Assembly (NCBI GenBank): GCA_030390025.1
Contig: CM059431.1
Location: forward strand, 118,236,001 to 118,300,000
Source of the DNA: Squalus acanthias
Taxonomy: Eukaryota
Direction: 5' to 3'
Length of the DNA stretch: 64,000 nt
Shown: positions 36,818 to 48,066 of the stretch, piece by piece
Layout of the letters: every line of letters begins with the position of its first letter
Numbering within the stretch: the first letter of the stretch is position 1
The notes under the pieces: model-generated
Databases searched by the model: none
What the model was told of the DNA's origin: nothing
The model's input: only the letters and a program-made list of their open reading frames with translations
Position numbers and translations under genes: made by a program

Positions 36818-38584
36818 GTGTTAGACCCTGGTATGAATGGGCGAAATGTCATGGAAGAGAGAATAGCAGATTATGTGTTTGGAAAAGTGAATTTGACCAA
36901 GAAATGGATAAGTGACCTGCTGGTGGATAAGCGTCCACTAGAGGCAGCCGAGAGGTGGACAGATAGCAAGGAACATAAAAAAACAGTGGAGAAAGCGGTC
37001 TGGCTGATGTGCTATAAAAGACAAGTCCAAATTTCGGACCAGGTCATCTTAGCGCAGGCAGCTCAGATCAAGAGTTTAGAGGTGGAAATGGACGAGAAGG
37101 TCGCGGGGGGGCAGCAGCTCATCGCGACTTTAAATGCGTTGCATCAAGAACGCCAGTTAGTCGCCAACCACCATGAGGCAAAAATAGATTACCTCGAGTG
37201 CCAGGTCACTGAGGCAAAGTTAAATGAGGGCAGATTAAAGGAACGATGTGCCCGCCTAGCTGCCCAAATAAAAGTCCAGGAAGAGAGCTTAACGGGGGTT
37301 AGGGCGGCATATAAGATGGCCCTCGAGGATAAATTTCAGGGGGCCGATCACAGCGTCTGCCAAAAAGAGATAGGGAACCTTAAAGAGGCCCTGAACAAAG
37401 CGCACGGCATGGTGTGCCTTATCAGCCCGTCCGCACATCAGCCGCTAGTAGATGAGGGATTTCAGAAATCCCCACCGAACAAAGCAGAGGAAGTATTAGC
37501 CACTGTGCCCTCCGCGCCACCCAGCTATTCGGCAACCTGGGTGAGGAAGGAAGTGGTAGAAGTAGAGAAAGAGCCCACTGAGGTAGAAGTGAAGCCGGGA
37601 CCGTTGTGTCCGGTCACGGGTATCAAGAGGGGCTCGAACGGAGCAGGTGGGGAAGAGGGGGATCTCCTCAACCAGCTTGTGTTGCCTCACAGCTCACACC
37701 AGCTGAGGGTTATGATAAGTCACGTACGGAAGCTGGCCGAGTCAGACGACCCTTCCGTACATTTCAGGGAAATAGAGCAAACCGCAGCCATTAACGGCTG
37801 CGACGATGGGGAAAAAGCAAAAATGCTGTTATTCTCATTAGACAGCTCGATCCTTCAGTGTCTCTCAGACGAGAGCAAGAGGGGAACTAATACCTATGGG
37901 GAGCTAAGAGATGAGGTCCTAGAAGTGTTGGGAATGGACGATGAAGGTCCGTTCGTTAGATTGGGACGAACAGTGCAGATGGAGGGAGAACCCCCGAAGG
38001 TTTTCGCCGACAGGCTGTGGCCAGTATACCAGCGTAGCTGCCCAGGCGCGCCAGCGCGTCGCCGCATAGACGGCGCCAGTTTAAATCATTGGCTCAGGTG
38101 TATAGTAACCAACAGTTTGCCAGCTGTCAGGGAGCAGGCAAAAGCGTGGTTTGATCCCACTAACCCCGCCACTACAGAAGAGTCGGTCCTAAATCGACTC
38201 ACGGTAGGGTACCGTAATACCAGGAGTACGGGAGCACATCCCCTTAAGGGAAAGGTGCATGAGGCGCGGCCCGCAGCCCCGGCTCAAAAGGAATGGCATC
38301 AGGAGGGTAACCGCGCCCCGCAGGCCAGTAATGCTTGTTACGGGTGTGGGAAGACAGGGCATTGGCGCAAGAACTGCAGGAACCCTTGGAAGGAGTCCAG
38401 GGATAAAAATCCCGCAGTCCGAGCCCAGGCGCCTGTCTCCGATAGGGGAGCTAGTGCACCTATCCATCCCGATGCGATCGAATCAGTGTTGGGAGCCATG
38501 CGCACCCTCATGATTTCGCATGGAAGGGTGGCAGTTGCTACCGGCCCCGCAGATGCCGCAGCCCCGTCCAATAGTACCCATTGA
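36818..38584 (+). CDS. gag: Gag polyprotein, provirus B
   Basis: Colinear homolog of A gag with PSAPPSY and CYGCGKTGHWRKNC. The ATG at 36778 is put out of frame by an A10 run; in-frame ATGs occur downstream. Confidence 0.9.
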   Translation: MLDPGMNGRNVMEERIADYVFGKVNLTKKWISDLLVDKRPLEAAERWTDSKEHKKTVEKAVWLMCYKRQVQISDQVILAQAAQIKSLEVEMDEKVAGGQQLIATLNALHQERQLVANHHEAKIDYLECQVTEAKLNEGRLKERCARLAAQIKVQEESLTGVRAAYKMALEDKFQGADHSVCQKEIGNLKEALNKAHGMVCLISPSAHQPLVDEGFQKSPPNKAEEVLATVPSAPPSYSATWVRKEVVEVEKEPTEVEVKPGPLCPVTGIKRGSNGAGGEEGDLLNQLVLPHSSHQLRVMISHVRKLAESDDPSVHFREIEQTAAINGCDDGEKAKMLLFSLDSSILQCLSDESKRGTNTYGELRDEVLEVLGMDDEGPFVRLGRTVQMEGEPPKVFADRLWPVYQRSCPGAPARRRIDGASLNHWLRCIVTNSLPAVREQAKAWFDPTNPATTEESVLNRLTVGYRNTRSTGAHPLKGKVHEARPAAPAQKEWHQEGNRAPQASNACYGCGKTGHWRKNCRNPWKESRDKNPAVRAQAPVSDRGASAPIHPDAIESVLGAMRTLMISHGRVAVATGPADAAAPSNSTH

Positions 38585-39703
38585 CTAGAGCCCACGCAGC
38601 CTGCCTACCTGTGTCCTTTTAAAAGACACGCACAGGAGGGGGTCTCCGGTAGGGAGGCCAGGTTAGTAGAGCAGGCCTTGCGGGAGGAGAACGCCCGTTT
38701 AATAAGGAAAGTAGACGGGCTAGAAGGACAGCTTAGAGAGCAGGCCCTGCGGGAGGAGAACGCCCGCTTAATGGGAAAGTTAGACGTGCTCATGCTAGAA
38801 GCACAGCTTAGAGAGATAAAGGCAGCCTAGAGGGTAGCCAGAAGCAGGGAGTATGAGGATTTAAATCAGTGCAAACTGTATAAGCCAGGTGCACAAGGGC
38901 CTACCTCAGGGGCCAAACCTGCGAGTGGGGACTCGCAGCCCCAGGTAGGGCCACAGGGCACACAGGCAGGCAAAGCAGCTTGCATCAGGGGAGAGGACAT
39001 CCTAGAAAAATGTAGGATCTTTTATTGGGGTTGGGAGTCAGATGAGGAAGAGTTCGAGGAGCTCGACGAAGATAGTGACACAAGCGAGGAGGAGCTGGAA
39101 TCGGAGGACGAAAGGGTCGCCCCCGATTCAAGTATAGGGGGGACAGGGGCTGCAGATAGAGATCCACAAAGGGTGGAGGCCGAAGCTGCAGGTCACGAAC
39201 GCAGGGGGGCGGAGCTAGGGGAGGCGGAGCCAGCCGCTGTGGTGGGACCACAGGGCGTGGCGATGGAAGCCTCAGAGCCCGAGCCGCCCGGCTTGAACGT
39301 CTTGCCCTCGAGGGAGGTAGGGACTGCGAGTGAAGGGCCGCCTACTGGGCCAAGTAGGGCGGTGACACAAGCTGCAGATCCCGAGTTCAGGGAGGCGGAG
39401 TCAAGGGAGGCAGAGCCAGCGACTGTGGTGGGACCACAGGTCGCCACGGTGGAAGTCTCGGAATCCGGTCCGTCGGTCCTGAAGTTCCTGCCCCCGGTAG
39501 CTCTCCGTAGGTCAAGTCGGACACCCCAGCCCAGGAAGATATGGTCAAGTCCCCAGAGTGTCCCAAGGCGTAGGTTCAAGGCTAAGGCAGCCCAGGGAGA
39601 GCCCAGTCACAGCGCAGCAGCAACAGGCTGCGGCAGATCAAAGGGAGGGGTCAATGCCCTCCCACCGTTGGGAGAAGCCTGCGGCAGCAACCGCAGAATT
39701 TGA
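38585..39703 (+). pseudogene. ORF-X (coiled-coil + acidic/Pro-rich), in frame with gag, one internal TAG at 38828
   Basis: Manual translation from the gag stop is open except for TAG at 38828 (Tyr in C). Homologous to ORF-X of provirus C. Confidence 0.75.
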
Positions 39704-40011
39704 GTAGGCCGCCCTGGGAACGGGCGGCGCTGTACAGTGATAAGTTTAGGATGAGCTTATAAGTTTATAGTTTTAAATCAGGTTATAAGTTTATAGTTTT
39801 AAATCGGGTTAAGTCGGTAGTTTAATTTTGTTTAACAGAAAGAGGTAAAATGATGGGAGTTTTTTTAGAGATAGGAATAGTTAAAGTCTATCCAGCGCAC
39901 ATGTCTTCTTACGTGAGGCGAGGTCAGGGGACCCGCTCACCCTTCACAAAAGCCAGAGACTCTTGGGAGGCTGGCTACCTCATTCTATCTGATCACAGGA
40001 ACCAAGGAAGG

Positions 40012-42342
40012 ATGGAACGAATTCTAGTATTGCTCGCGGCAATCGGATGTGGATTGGCCTATCGAGGCCGCACCAAGGATGTTGTGGTGTTTGGATGCTC
40101 CGGGGACACGGCCCCCATCGCGGTGGATGGGACCGGAAGGCGAGAGGCTGAGGAGACCACCACCTATTTCCACAAGGGAAGGTGGCCAGGATGGCTGGGA
40201 ACAAATTCAACAGAGTATTCCAGTACATCGGGTTTTGCCTACAAGAGACTTCTTCAATGTGCCCCAAAGTAAGGATCATTGCACCCAGAGTCAGCGTCAC
40301 CGTCGGCAAGCGAATTTGTTTGACTTGTAATGGGAATGTCCCATTGAGCCGATGGTGGTGGCTACGAAAGCTGAGCAAAAACATGAGGAACTCTTCGGTC
40401 GAGTGGGAGCGACTGGGTAATAATACCCATCGGACAATTACGGGGACAAACGGACAAGTGAGAGTCTGTTGGGACAAATGGTGGGAACCGGATGAGGGAA
40501 TTTATGTATGTATGTGGGGGTCAAAGTACGTTTGCCCCAAAGGCATCTCCATATTTTTCATCAATCAATGGCAGGATAACGGACAGGGGATGAGGTGGGA
40601 TGCGAGCACCAGGGGGTGCGGAGCCCCATACTCCCCGATCCCGGTAAATGCCACTGAACTCATTACGCGCCCACGCAAAGCCCCGCCCACGATTCCGGTG
40701 GTTCTAGCTAAGGAAGAAGGCTGCCCTAAAACCAGTAAAGGACCTGGGAATGGTTTGGTACTGGTCCCCACAGACCAGATACAATTTCAGGGGGTACATT
40801 ACGCGGTGGCCTCGGTGATTTTAAATCTCACCGAGGTGCGGTTACCAGAGTGGTGCCCCAAAAAGACGGAACAGTTATATCAGGTCCTGTTGACCAAGAT
40901 GTTTAGACAATTTTATGAGTTTGATTTCGCGGAAATTGATAAAACAAGTTTGTACACCGCACCACATGAAGTTTTGGATCAGGTGGGGAGACAAAGAGTG
41001 GGGGGTTGTGAACGACGTGTTCACTGCTTTCAATACAGGTACATCTGTGGTCAACGCTCTAGACAGCGTGGAGCTGCAGACCCAGATTAATGGCTTAAAA
41101 ACGCAATTAAAAAGCATTCTCACAGATGAAAATAAGGTGGTTGGGTTTGGGTTACACGAGGACCAGGCCATGACTCTCCATTTAAAAGAAATAAAAGCCG
41201 AACTAGAGAAACATGCGCGTACGGTAAATGCCCTGATTAGGGAAGATCGGAATGCGTCCGATCAGGCTGCGCAGAATGAGGTGTGCGTGCTTTACGGGGC
41301 GTGGTTACTGGGCGAGGGCCGCAGTAATTTGGAGGATTTAAAACAAGGTTTGGTCCCGTCCTGGATAAGTAACAAACACCTGCAGGCGCTCCACCCTTTT
41401 TAGAACGCATTAAGCCCGTGCCAGCTCAGGCTAGCTTCAGAAGCATACCCAGTCCCCGTGGACTGTGGACGATCAAACCATACTATGCCGGTTTTGAGCG
41501 ACACAACAAAGCCCGCCCCGGTGTATCGGGTAGAGAACATTGATGTCATTCAGGGGGGAGCCCACATTCGCTATGCAGCGGTTCCACCTTACGTCATCCG
41601 CTGGGAGCAAACGATGACAGGTACAGATCTCTCTGGTTGTCGTGGCCGGGGAGCACACATAATACTGTGTCCCCAGCACTTGAATGCCTTTTTAACACCA
41701 CAGTGTGGGTTCAGATCGGCTGGCGCCAAGCCCATGAATTGCACCATGGAGGCAATGGCACAAGATCATGTGCCTCCGCAGGTAGCATACATCGGGGGTG
41801 GACCATATTGTGTTACCACTGCAGCGCAACACTACCAACATGGAAACCGTAGCCGGTGTCCGGTGAGTGACAGCAGTTTCTGTTTCAAACCCAGGGCGGA
41901 AGTTCAAGTAGCACAACAGCGAATTGTCCCAATCCCTGAACCATCCACGGTTCATCTTACCGTAAAAGAGAACTTCACCGACCTGCAGCGATTCGTCACG
42001 CATTTCGGATACCTCATTCCCCCTCTCCCTGAACACCTCACCAAGCTTTTGAAAGCCGTCGCGGTATCGCAAAAACATTTTTACACCCTAGAACAAAAGA
42101 CTGTCGAGATAGGGACAGAAATTCTGGACATAGTAATTCCACCGTGGTGGAATCTGTTCACCAACATTGAAGTGCCTTCCTGGATTAGAATAGCCTCCCA
42201 CATTTTAGTTGTATGCCAAGTGTTTATTGTGATATACTTATTGGTCGTGCATTGTAAGAGAGGCAAACGCCTCACCAAGAACGAAAACACGGGAGAGTGG
42301 CGAGAACGTTACATGCGCGTGCACGATGAAAGCACCGTGTAA
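40012..42342 (+). pseudogene. env: Envelope glycoprotein (signal peptide, Ig-like domain, class I fusion-like subunit, TM), disrupted
   Basis: MERILVLLAAIGCGLA, DEGIYVC, heptad repeat and TM WIRIASHILVVCQVFIVIYLLVV. Frame changes at ~40265 and ~41000, stop at 41401. Confidence 0.85.
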
Positions 42343-42794
42343 ACAGACAAAATGGCGTCACTCCCGTTTTCCACGTGCGCCTCGGAAGTGTTGTAATCGA
42401 TCGTGATTTTTTTCTCAGAAACTGTAATTAAGTTTGGAACTCTACATGTTTAAGAGTTGGTTTTGATTATTTTTGTTTGGTGTTGTTGAATATGATTGTT
42501 TGTTTTTTTTTTGTTGTTTTCTTTTTCCTTGAATAAAAGATATGCATATGCAGGTGGTGCGAGAGGCATCGGCCTGGTTACACCTGGAAGGAAAATACAA
42601 GTGGTATAAGTTAAAGGCAAATGCTGCCTACGGTGTTATAAGAATGTAGTTTTTCCTGGGAAATAAGGACGACACAGAGACCCTAGATAGTTTTAAGTTA
42701 TGGGAATTTTTGGATGTGGAGAATCGAGATAATATTGCTCACCACAATAGTTTTTGATACGATAAGCGGAGTTATTCACATCAACAGGAGGGAC

Positions 42795-43315
42795 TGTAGA
42801 ATTCGCAAAATTATCACGATTTTATAAATATGAAGGAGACATATAGTTTCGTACAAACAGCTTTATTTCAGCAGAATGCTGTCAGGTTTTCAAAGTGGAC
42901 ACAAACAGCCTGTAAAATGGCCGCCACGCCTCGTGGCAGAACGTTCTAGACTTTCAATGAGCAGACAAGATGGCGTTCCAATAAACATTTATGCGAGATC
43001 GTACAAGACTCAGCACATTTGAGATAATTGACAAGACATAATGGGTTTGCATTTTATACATAAATACTGGAATCGGTCTCCCAGGTGCGAATAAGGGCTA
43101 TTGTACCAAGCGATCAAGAACCCATCCAAAGACATTAATATGCAAAATCCCCACAACTCTACGATGAGAGAGCCGTTTGCGGGTAGTTACAGAAAGCATT
43201 TGGAAGCCCCAAAACCCCTCCAGGGAGAATACTGACCGGTTCCACAATGGGAGAAGTATTAACGGGTACTCAGACAGTTACAAGTATCACCGAAACCCAT
43301 TAAACGGAGATCACC
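42795..43315 (+). repeat. 3' LTR of provirus B, first part
   Basis: Matches the sequence from 35092 onward and is cut after GATCACC. Confidence 0.92.
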
Positions 43316-44967
43316 TGTAAGGGTTTTGACACGCCTGTGGCTCTGTGCTTAGCCTGGGTGCTAGTGCGAGGTTAGGCCTTGTTGCCTGTTCTGGTCTCCA
43401 GCCAGCCTGGTAGCACTAGACACCTGAGAGTGGTTCGACCCACTCGCCCTTACGGTTCTGACACTGGACTTAGTTGCGAGAGCAATAATGCAGAGAAAAC
43501 TCAGGTAGACCCGGTTGAATAGTGCGAAATGGAAAATCTTTATTGCATATTATTCAAGATTACGAAATACATGTCATAAGCACAGATTAATGACAGTACA
43601 ATCTTACACGCAGTTATGTAACTAATTTTAGGGAAACGAGGAGCGCACGACACATCGTAAAAGGGGGCACACATTACAATTATCCTTAAAACTTAAACCC
43701 TCCCCTATCAATACCTGCCCTAAACTAGATTTGCAGGATCGAGACTCATGCTCACCACTCGTGATAACTCAGAGAATTCCGAAACTCTGCTCGGATGTTT
43801 TTACCGCAGCGCCTGACCACCCACGTGTTGATCAGGGGTCTCTGTACCCCACTTGTTTACTCGTTTCTGCTCCGGCTAGCAGGTTGGACCGTCTGCTGTC
43901 ATGAAGATCTGTGTTGTCCTCGGAGTTCCGACACGACTCGAAAAATAGTCTTCCTGTGCCCTCGTCCCGATGCGATAAAACCCGAAGAATGGTCTTCCTG
44001 TGCCCTCACGCCAGTTTGTAAAACTCAAAGAATAGTCTTCCTGGGCAAGGAAAGTGTTTATTCGACCTACAGGCGCGGTCGGGGCTTACTGACCGTGGCG
44101 ATACGTATGGTCGTCTTCTTCTCTTCTCATCTCATCTCATCTCGGGCCTTCGGTTCCAACACCGTTTACCGACTTCTCGGGATGGTGTGCCCGTTTCAAG
44201 GCTTCACAGCCCAGTTCCACACAGATCTTCGCGGCAAGCCACGAGGTTGATCCTGGCGGATCAGAAAGTTCAAAAGTCTTCTAGCAAGTCGAGCAGCAAG
44301 AGGCAGAGACAGCAGTCAAGAGTCAAGAGCAAGAGAAAGATGGACGGTTGTACCTTACAGTTATAGTGCTGTAATTCCTCTTTTCCCGCCCAATCTTAAT
44401 GTCTTTTCTTTTGTCAGAGTTTTGGCGCTCAAACTTCTTGTATAGGGTGATCTCCGTTTAATGGGTTTCGGTGATATTTGTAACTGCCTGAGTACCCGTT
44501 AATACTTCTCCCATTGTGTAACCGGCCAGTATTCTCCCTGGAGGGGTTTTGGGGCTTCCAAATGTTTCTGTAACTACCCGCAAACGGCTCTCTCATCGTA
44601 GAGTCGTGGGGATTTTGCATATTAATGTCTTTGGATGGGTTCTTGATCGCTTGGTACAATAGCCCTTATTCGCACCTGGGAGACCGATTCCAGTATTTAT
44701 GTGTAAAATGCAAACCCATTATGTCTTGTGATTTATCTCAAATGTGCTGAGTCTTGTCCGATCTCGCACAAATGTTTATTGGAACGCCATCTTGTCTGCT
44801 TATCGAAAAGTCCAGAATGTTCTGCCACGAGGTGTGGTGGCCATTTTACAGGCTGCTTGTGTCCACTTTGAAAACCTGACAGCATTCTGCTGAAATAAAG
44901 CTGTTTGTACGAAACTATATGTCTCCTCCTTATTATATAAAATCGCGATAATATTGCGAATTCTACA
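43316..44967 (-). repeat. 3' LTR of provirus C
   Basis: Complete LTR, preceded on the minus strand by CAGGAGGGAC as in B. Confidence 0.93.
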
Positions 44968-45418
44968 GTCCCTCCTGTTGATGCGAATAACTCCGCTTAT
45001 CGTATCAAAAATATTGTGGTGAGCAATATTATCTCGATTCTCCACATCCAGAAAATCCCCATAACTTAAAACTATCTACGGTCTCTGTGTCGTCCTTATT
45101 TCCCAGGAAAAATTACATTCCTATAACACCGCAGGCAGCATTAGCCTTTAACTTACACCACTTGTTTTTCCTTCCAGGTGCAACCAGGCTGATGCCTCTC
45201 GCACCACCTGTATATGCATATTTTTTATTCAAGGGAAAAAAGAAAACAAAAACAAAACCAAACAATCATATTCAACAACAACACCATCACCAAAATAATC
45301 AAAACCAACTCTTAAACAAAGAGTTCCAAACTTAATTACAGTTTCTGAGAAAAATCACGATCGATTACAACACTTCCAAGGCGCACGTGGCAAATGGGAG
45401 TGACGCCATTTTGTCTGG

Positions 45419-47769
45419 TTACACGGTGCTTTCATCGTGCACGCGCACGTAACGTTCTCGCCACTCTCCCATGTTTTCGTTCTTGGTGAGGCGTTTGCCT
45501 CTCTTACAATGCACGACCAATAAGTATATCACAATAAACACTTGGCATACTACTAAAATGTGGGAGGCTATCCTAATCCAGGAAGGCACTTCAATGTTGG
45601 TGAACAGATTCCACCACGGTGGAATTACTATGTCCAGAATTTCTGTCCCTATCTCGACAGTCTTTTGTTCTAGGGTGTAAAAATGTTTTTGCGATACCGC
45701 GACGGCTTTCAAAAGCTTGGTGAGGTGTTCAGGGAGAGGGGGAATGAGGTATCCGAAATGCGCGACGAATCGCTGCAGGTCGGTGAAGTTCTCTTTTACG
45801 GTAAGATGAACCGTGGATGGTTCAGGGATTGGGACAATTCGCTGTTGTGCTACTTGAACTTCCGCCCTGGGTTTGAAACAGAAACTGCTGTCACTCACCG
45901 GACACCGGCTACGGTTTCCATGTTGGTAGTGTTGCGCTGCAGTGGTAACACAATATGTTCCACCCCCGATGTATGCTACCTGCGGAGGCACATGATCTTG
46001 TGCCATTGCCTCCATGGTGCAATTCATGGGCTTGGCGCCAGCCGTTCTGAACCCGCACTGTGGTGTTAAAAAGGCATTCAAGTGCTGGGGACACAGTATT
46101 ATGTGTGCTCCCCGGCCACGACAACCAGAGAGATCTGTACCTGTCATCGTTTGCTCCCAGCGGATGACGTAAGGTGGAACCGCTGCATAGCGAATGTGGG
46201 CTCCCCCCTGAATGACACCAATGTTCTCTACCCGATACACCGGGGCGGGCTTTGTTGTGTCGCTCAAAACCGGCATACGTAATACTATACCCATGATAGT
46301 ATGGTTTGATCGTCCACAGTCCACGGGGACTGGGTATGCTTCTGAAGCTAGCCTGAGCTGGCACGGGCTTAATGTGTTCTGAAAAGGGTGGAGCGCCTGC
46401 AGGTGTTTGTTACTTATCCAGGACGGGACCAAACCTTGTTTTAAATCCTCCAAATTACTGCGGCCCTCGCCCAGTAACCACGCCCCGTAAAGCACGCACA
46501 CCTCATTCTGCGCAGCCTGATCGGACGCATTCCGATCTTCCCTAATCAGGGCATTTACCGTACGCGCGTGTTTCTCCAGCTCAGCTATTATTTCTTTTAA
46601 ATGGAGAGTCATGGCCTGGTCCTCATGTAACCCAGACCCAACCACCTTATTTTCATCTGTGAGAATGCTTTTTAATTGCGTTTTTAAGCCATTAATCTGG
46701 GTCTGCAGCTCCACGCTGTCTAGAGCGTTGACCACAGATGTACCTGTGTTGAAAGCAGTGAACACGTCGTTCACAACACCCCTTCTTTGCCTCCCCACCT
46801 GATCCAAAACTTCATGTGGTGCGGTGTACAAACTTGTTTTATCAATTTCCGCGAAATCGAACTCATAAAATTGTCTGAACATCTTGGTCAACAGGACCTG
46901 ATATAACTATTCCGTCTTTTTGGGGCACCACTCTGGTAACCGCACCTCGGTGAGATTTAAAATCACCGAGGCCACCGCGTAATGTACCCCCTGAAATAGT
47001 ATCTGGTCTGTGGGGACCAGTACCAAACCATTCCCGGGTCCCTTACTGGTTTTAGGGCACCCTTCTTCCTTAGCTAGAACCACCGGAATCGTGGGCGGGG
47101 CTTTGCATGGGCGCGTAATGAGTTCAGTGGCATTTACCGGGATCGGGGAGTATGGGGCTCCGCACCCCCTGGTGCTCGCATCCCACCTCATCCCCTGTCC
47201 GTTATCCTGCCATTGATTGATGAAAAATATGGAGATGCCTTTGGGGCAAACGTACTTTGACCCCCACATGCATACATAAATTCCCTCATCCGGTTCCCAC
47301 CATTTGTCCCAACAGACTCTCACTTGTCCGTTTGTCCCCGTAATTGTCCGATGGGTATTATTACCCAGTCGCTCCCACTCGACCGAAGAGTTCCTCATGT
47401 TTTTGCTCAGCTTTTGTAGCCACCACCATCGGCTCAATGGGACATTCCCATTACAAGTCAAACAAATCCGTTTGCTGACGGTGACGCTGACTCTGGGTGC
47501 GATGATCCTTACTTTGGGGCACATTAAAGAAGTCTCTTGTAGGCAAAACCCGATGTACTGGAATACTCTGTTGAATTCGTTCCCAGCCATCCTGGCCACC
47601 TTCCCTTGTGGAAATAGGTGGTGGTCTCCTCAGCCTCTCGCCTTCCGGTCCCATCCACCGCGATGGGGGCCGTGTCCCCGGAGCATCCAAACACCACGAC
47701 ATCCTTGGTGTGGCCTCGATAGGCCAATCCACATCCGATTGCCGCGAGCAATACTAGAATTCGTTCCAT
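45419..47769 (-). pseudogene. env: Envelope glycoprotein of provirus C; C-terminal 490 aa (furin site to tail) open
   Basis: RQRR/GVVNDVFTAFNTGTSVV, heptad repeat, Cys-rich ectodomain and TM. Stops at 47524 and 46907, frame change at ~47512. Confidence 0.88.
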
Positions 47770-48066
47770 CCTTCCTTGGTTCCTGTGATCAGATAGAATG
47801 AGGTAGCCAGCCTCGCAAGAGTCTCTGGCTTTTGTGAAGGGTGAGCGGGTCCCCTGACCTCGCCTCACGTAAGAAGACATGTGCGCTGGATAGACTTTAA
47901 CTAATCCTATCTCTAAAAACTCCCATAATTTTACCTCTTTCTGTTAAACAAAATTAAACTACCGACTTAAACCGATTTAAACTATAACCTTATAACCTCA
48001 TCTAAAACTATAAACTTATTCTTAACCTTAAACTGTACAGTGCCGCCCGTTCCCAGGGCGGCCTAC

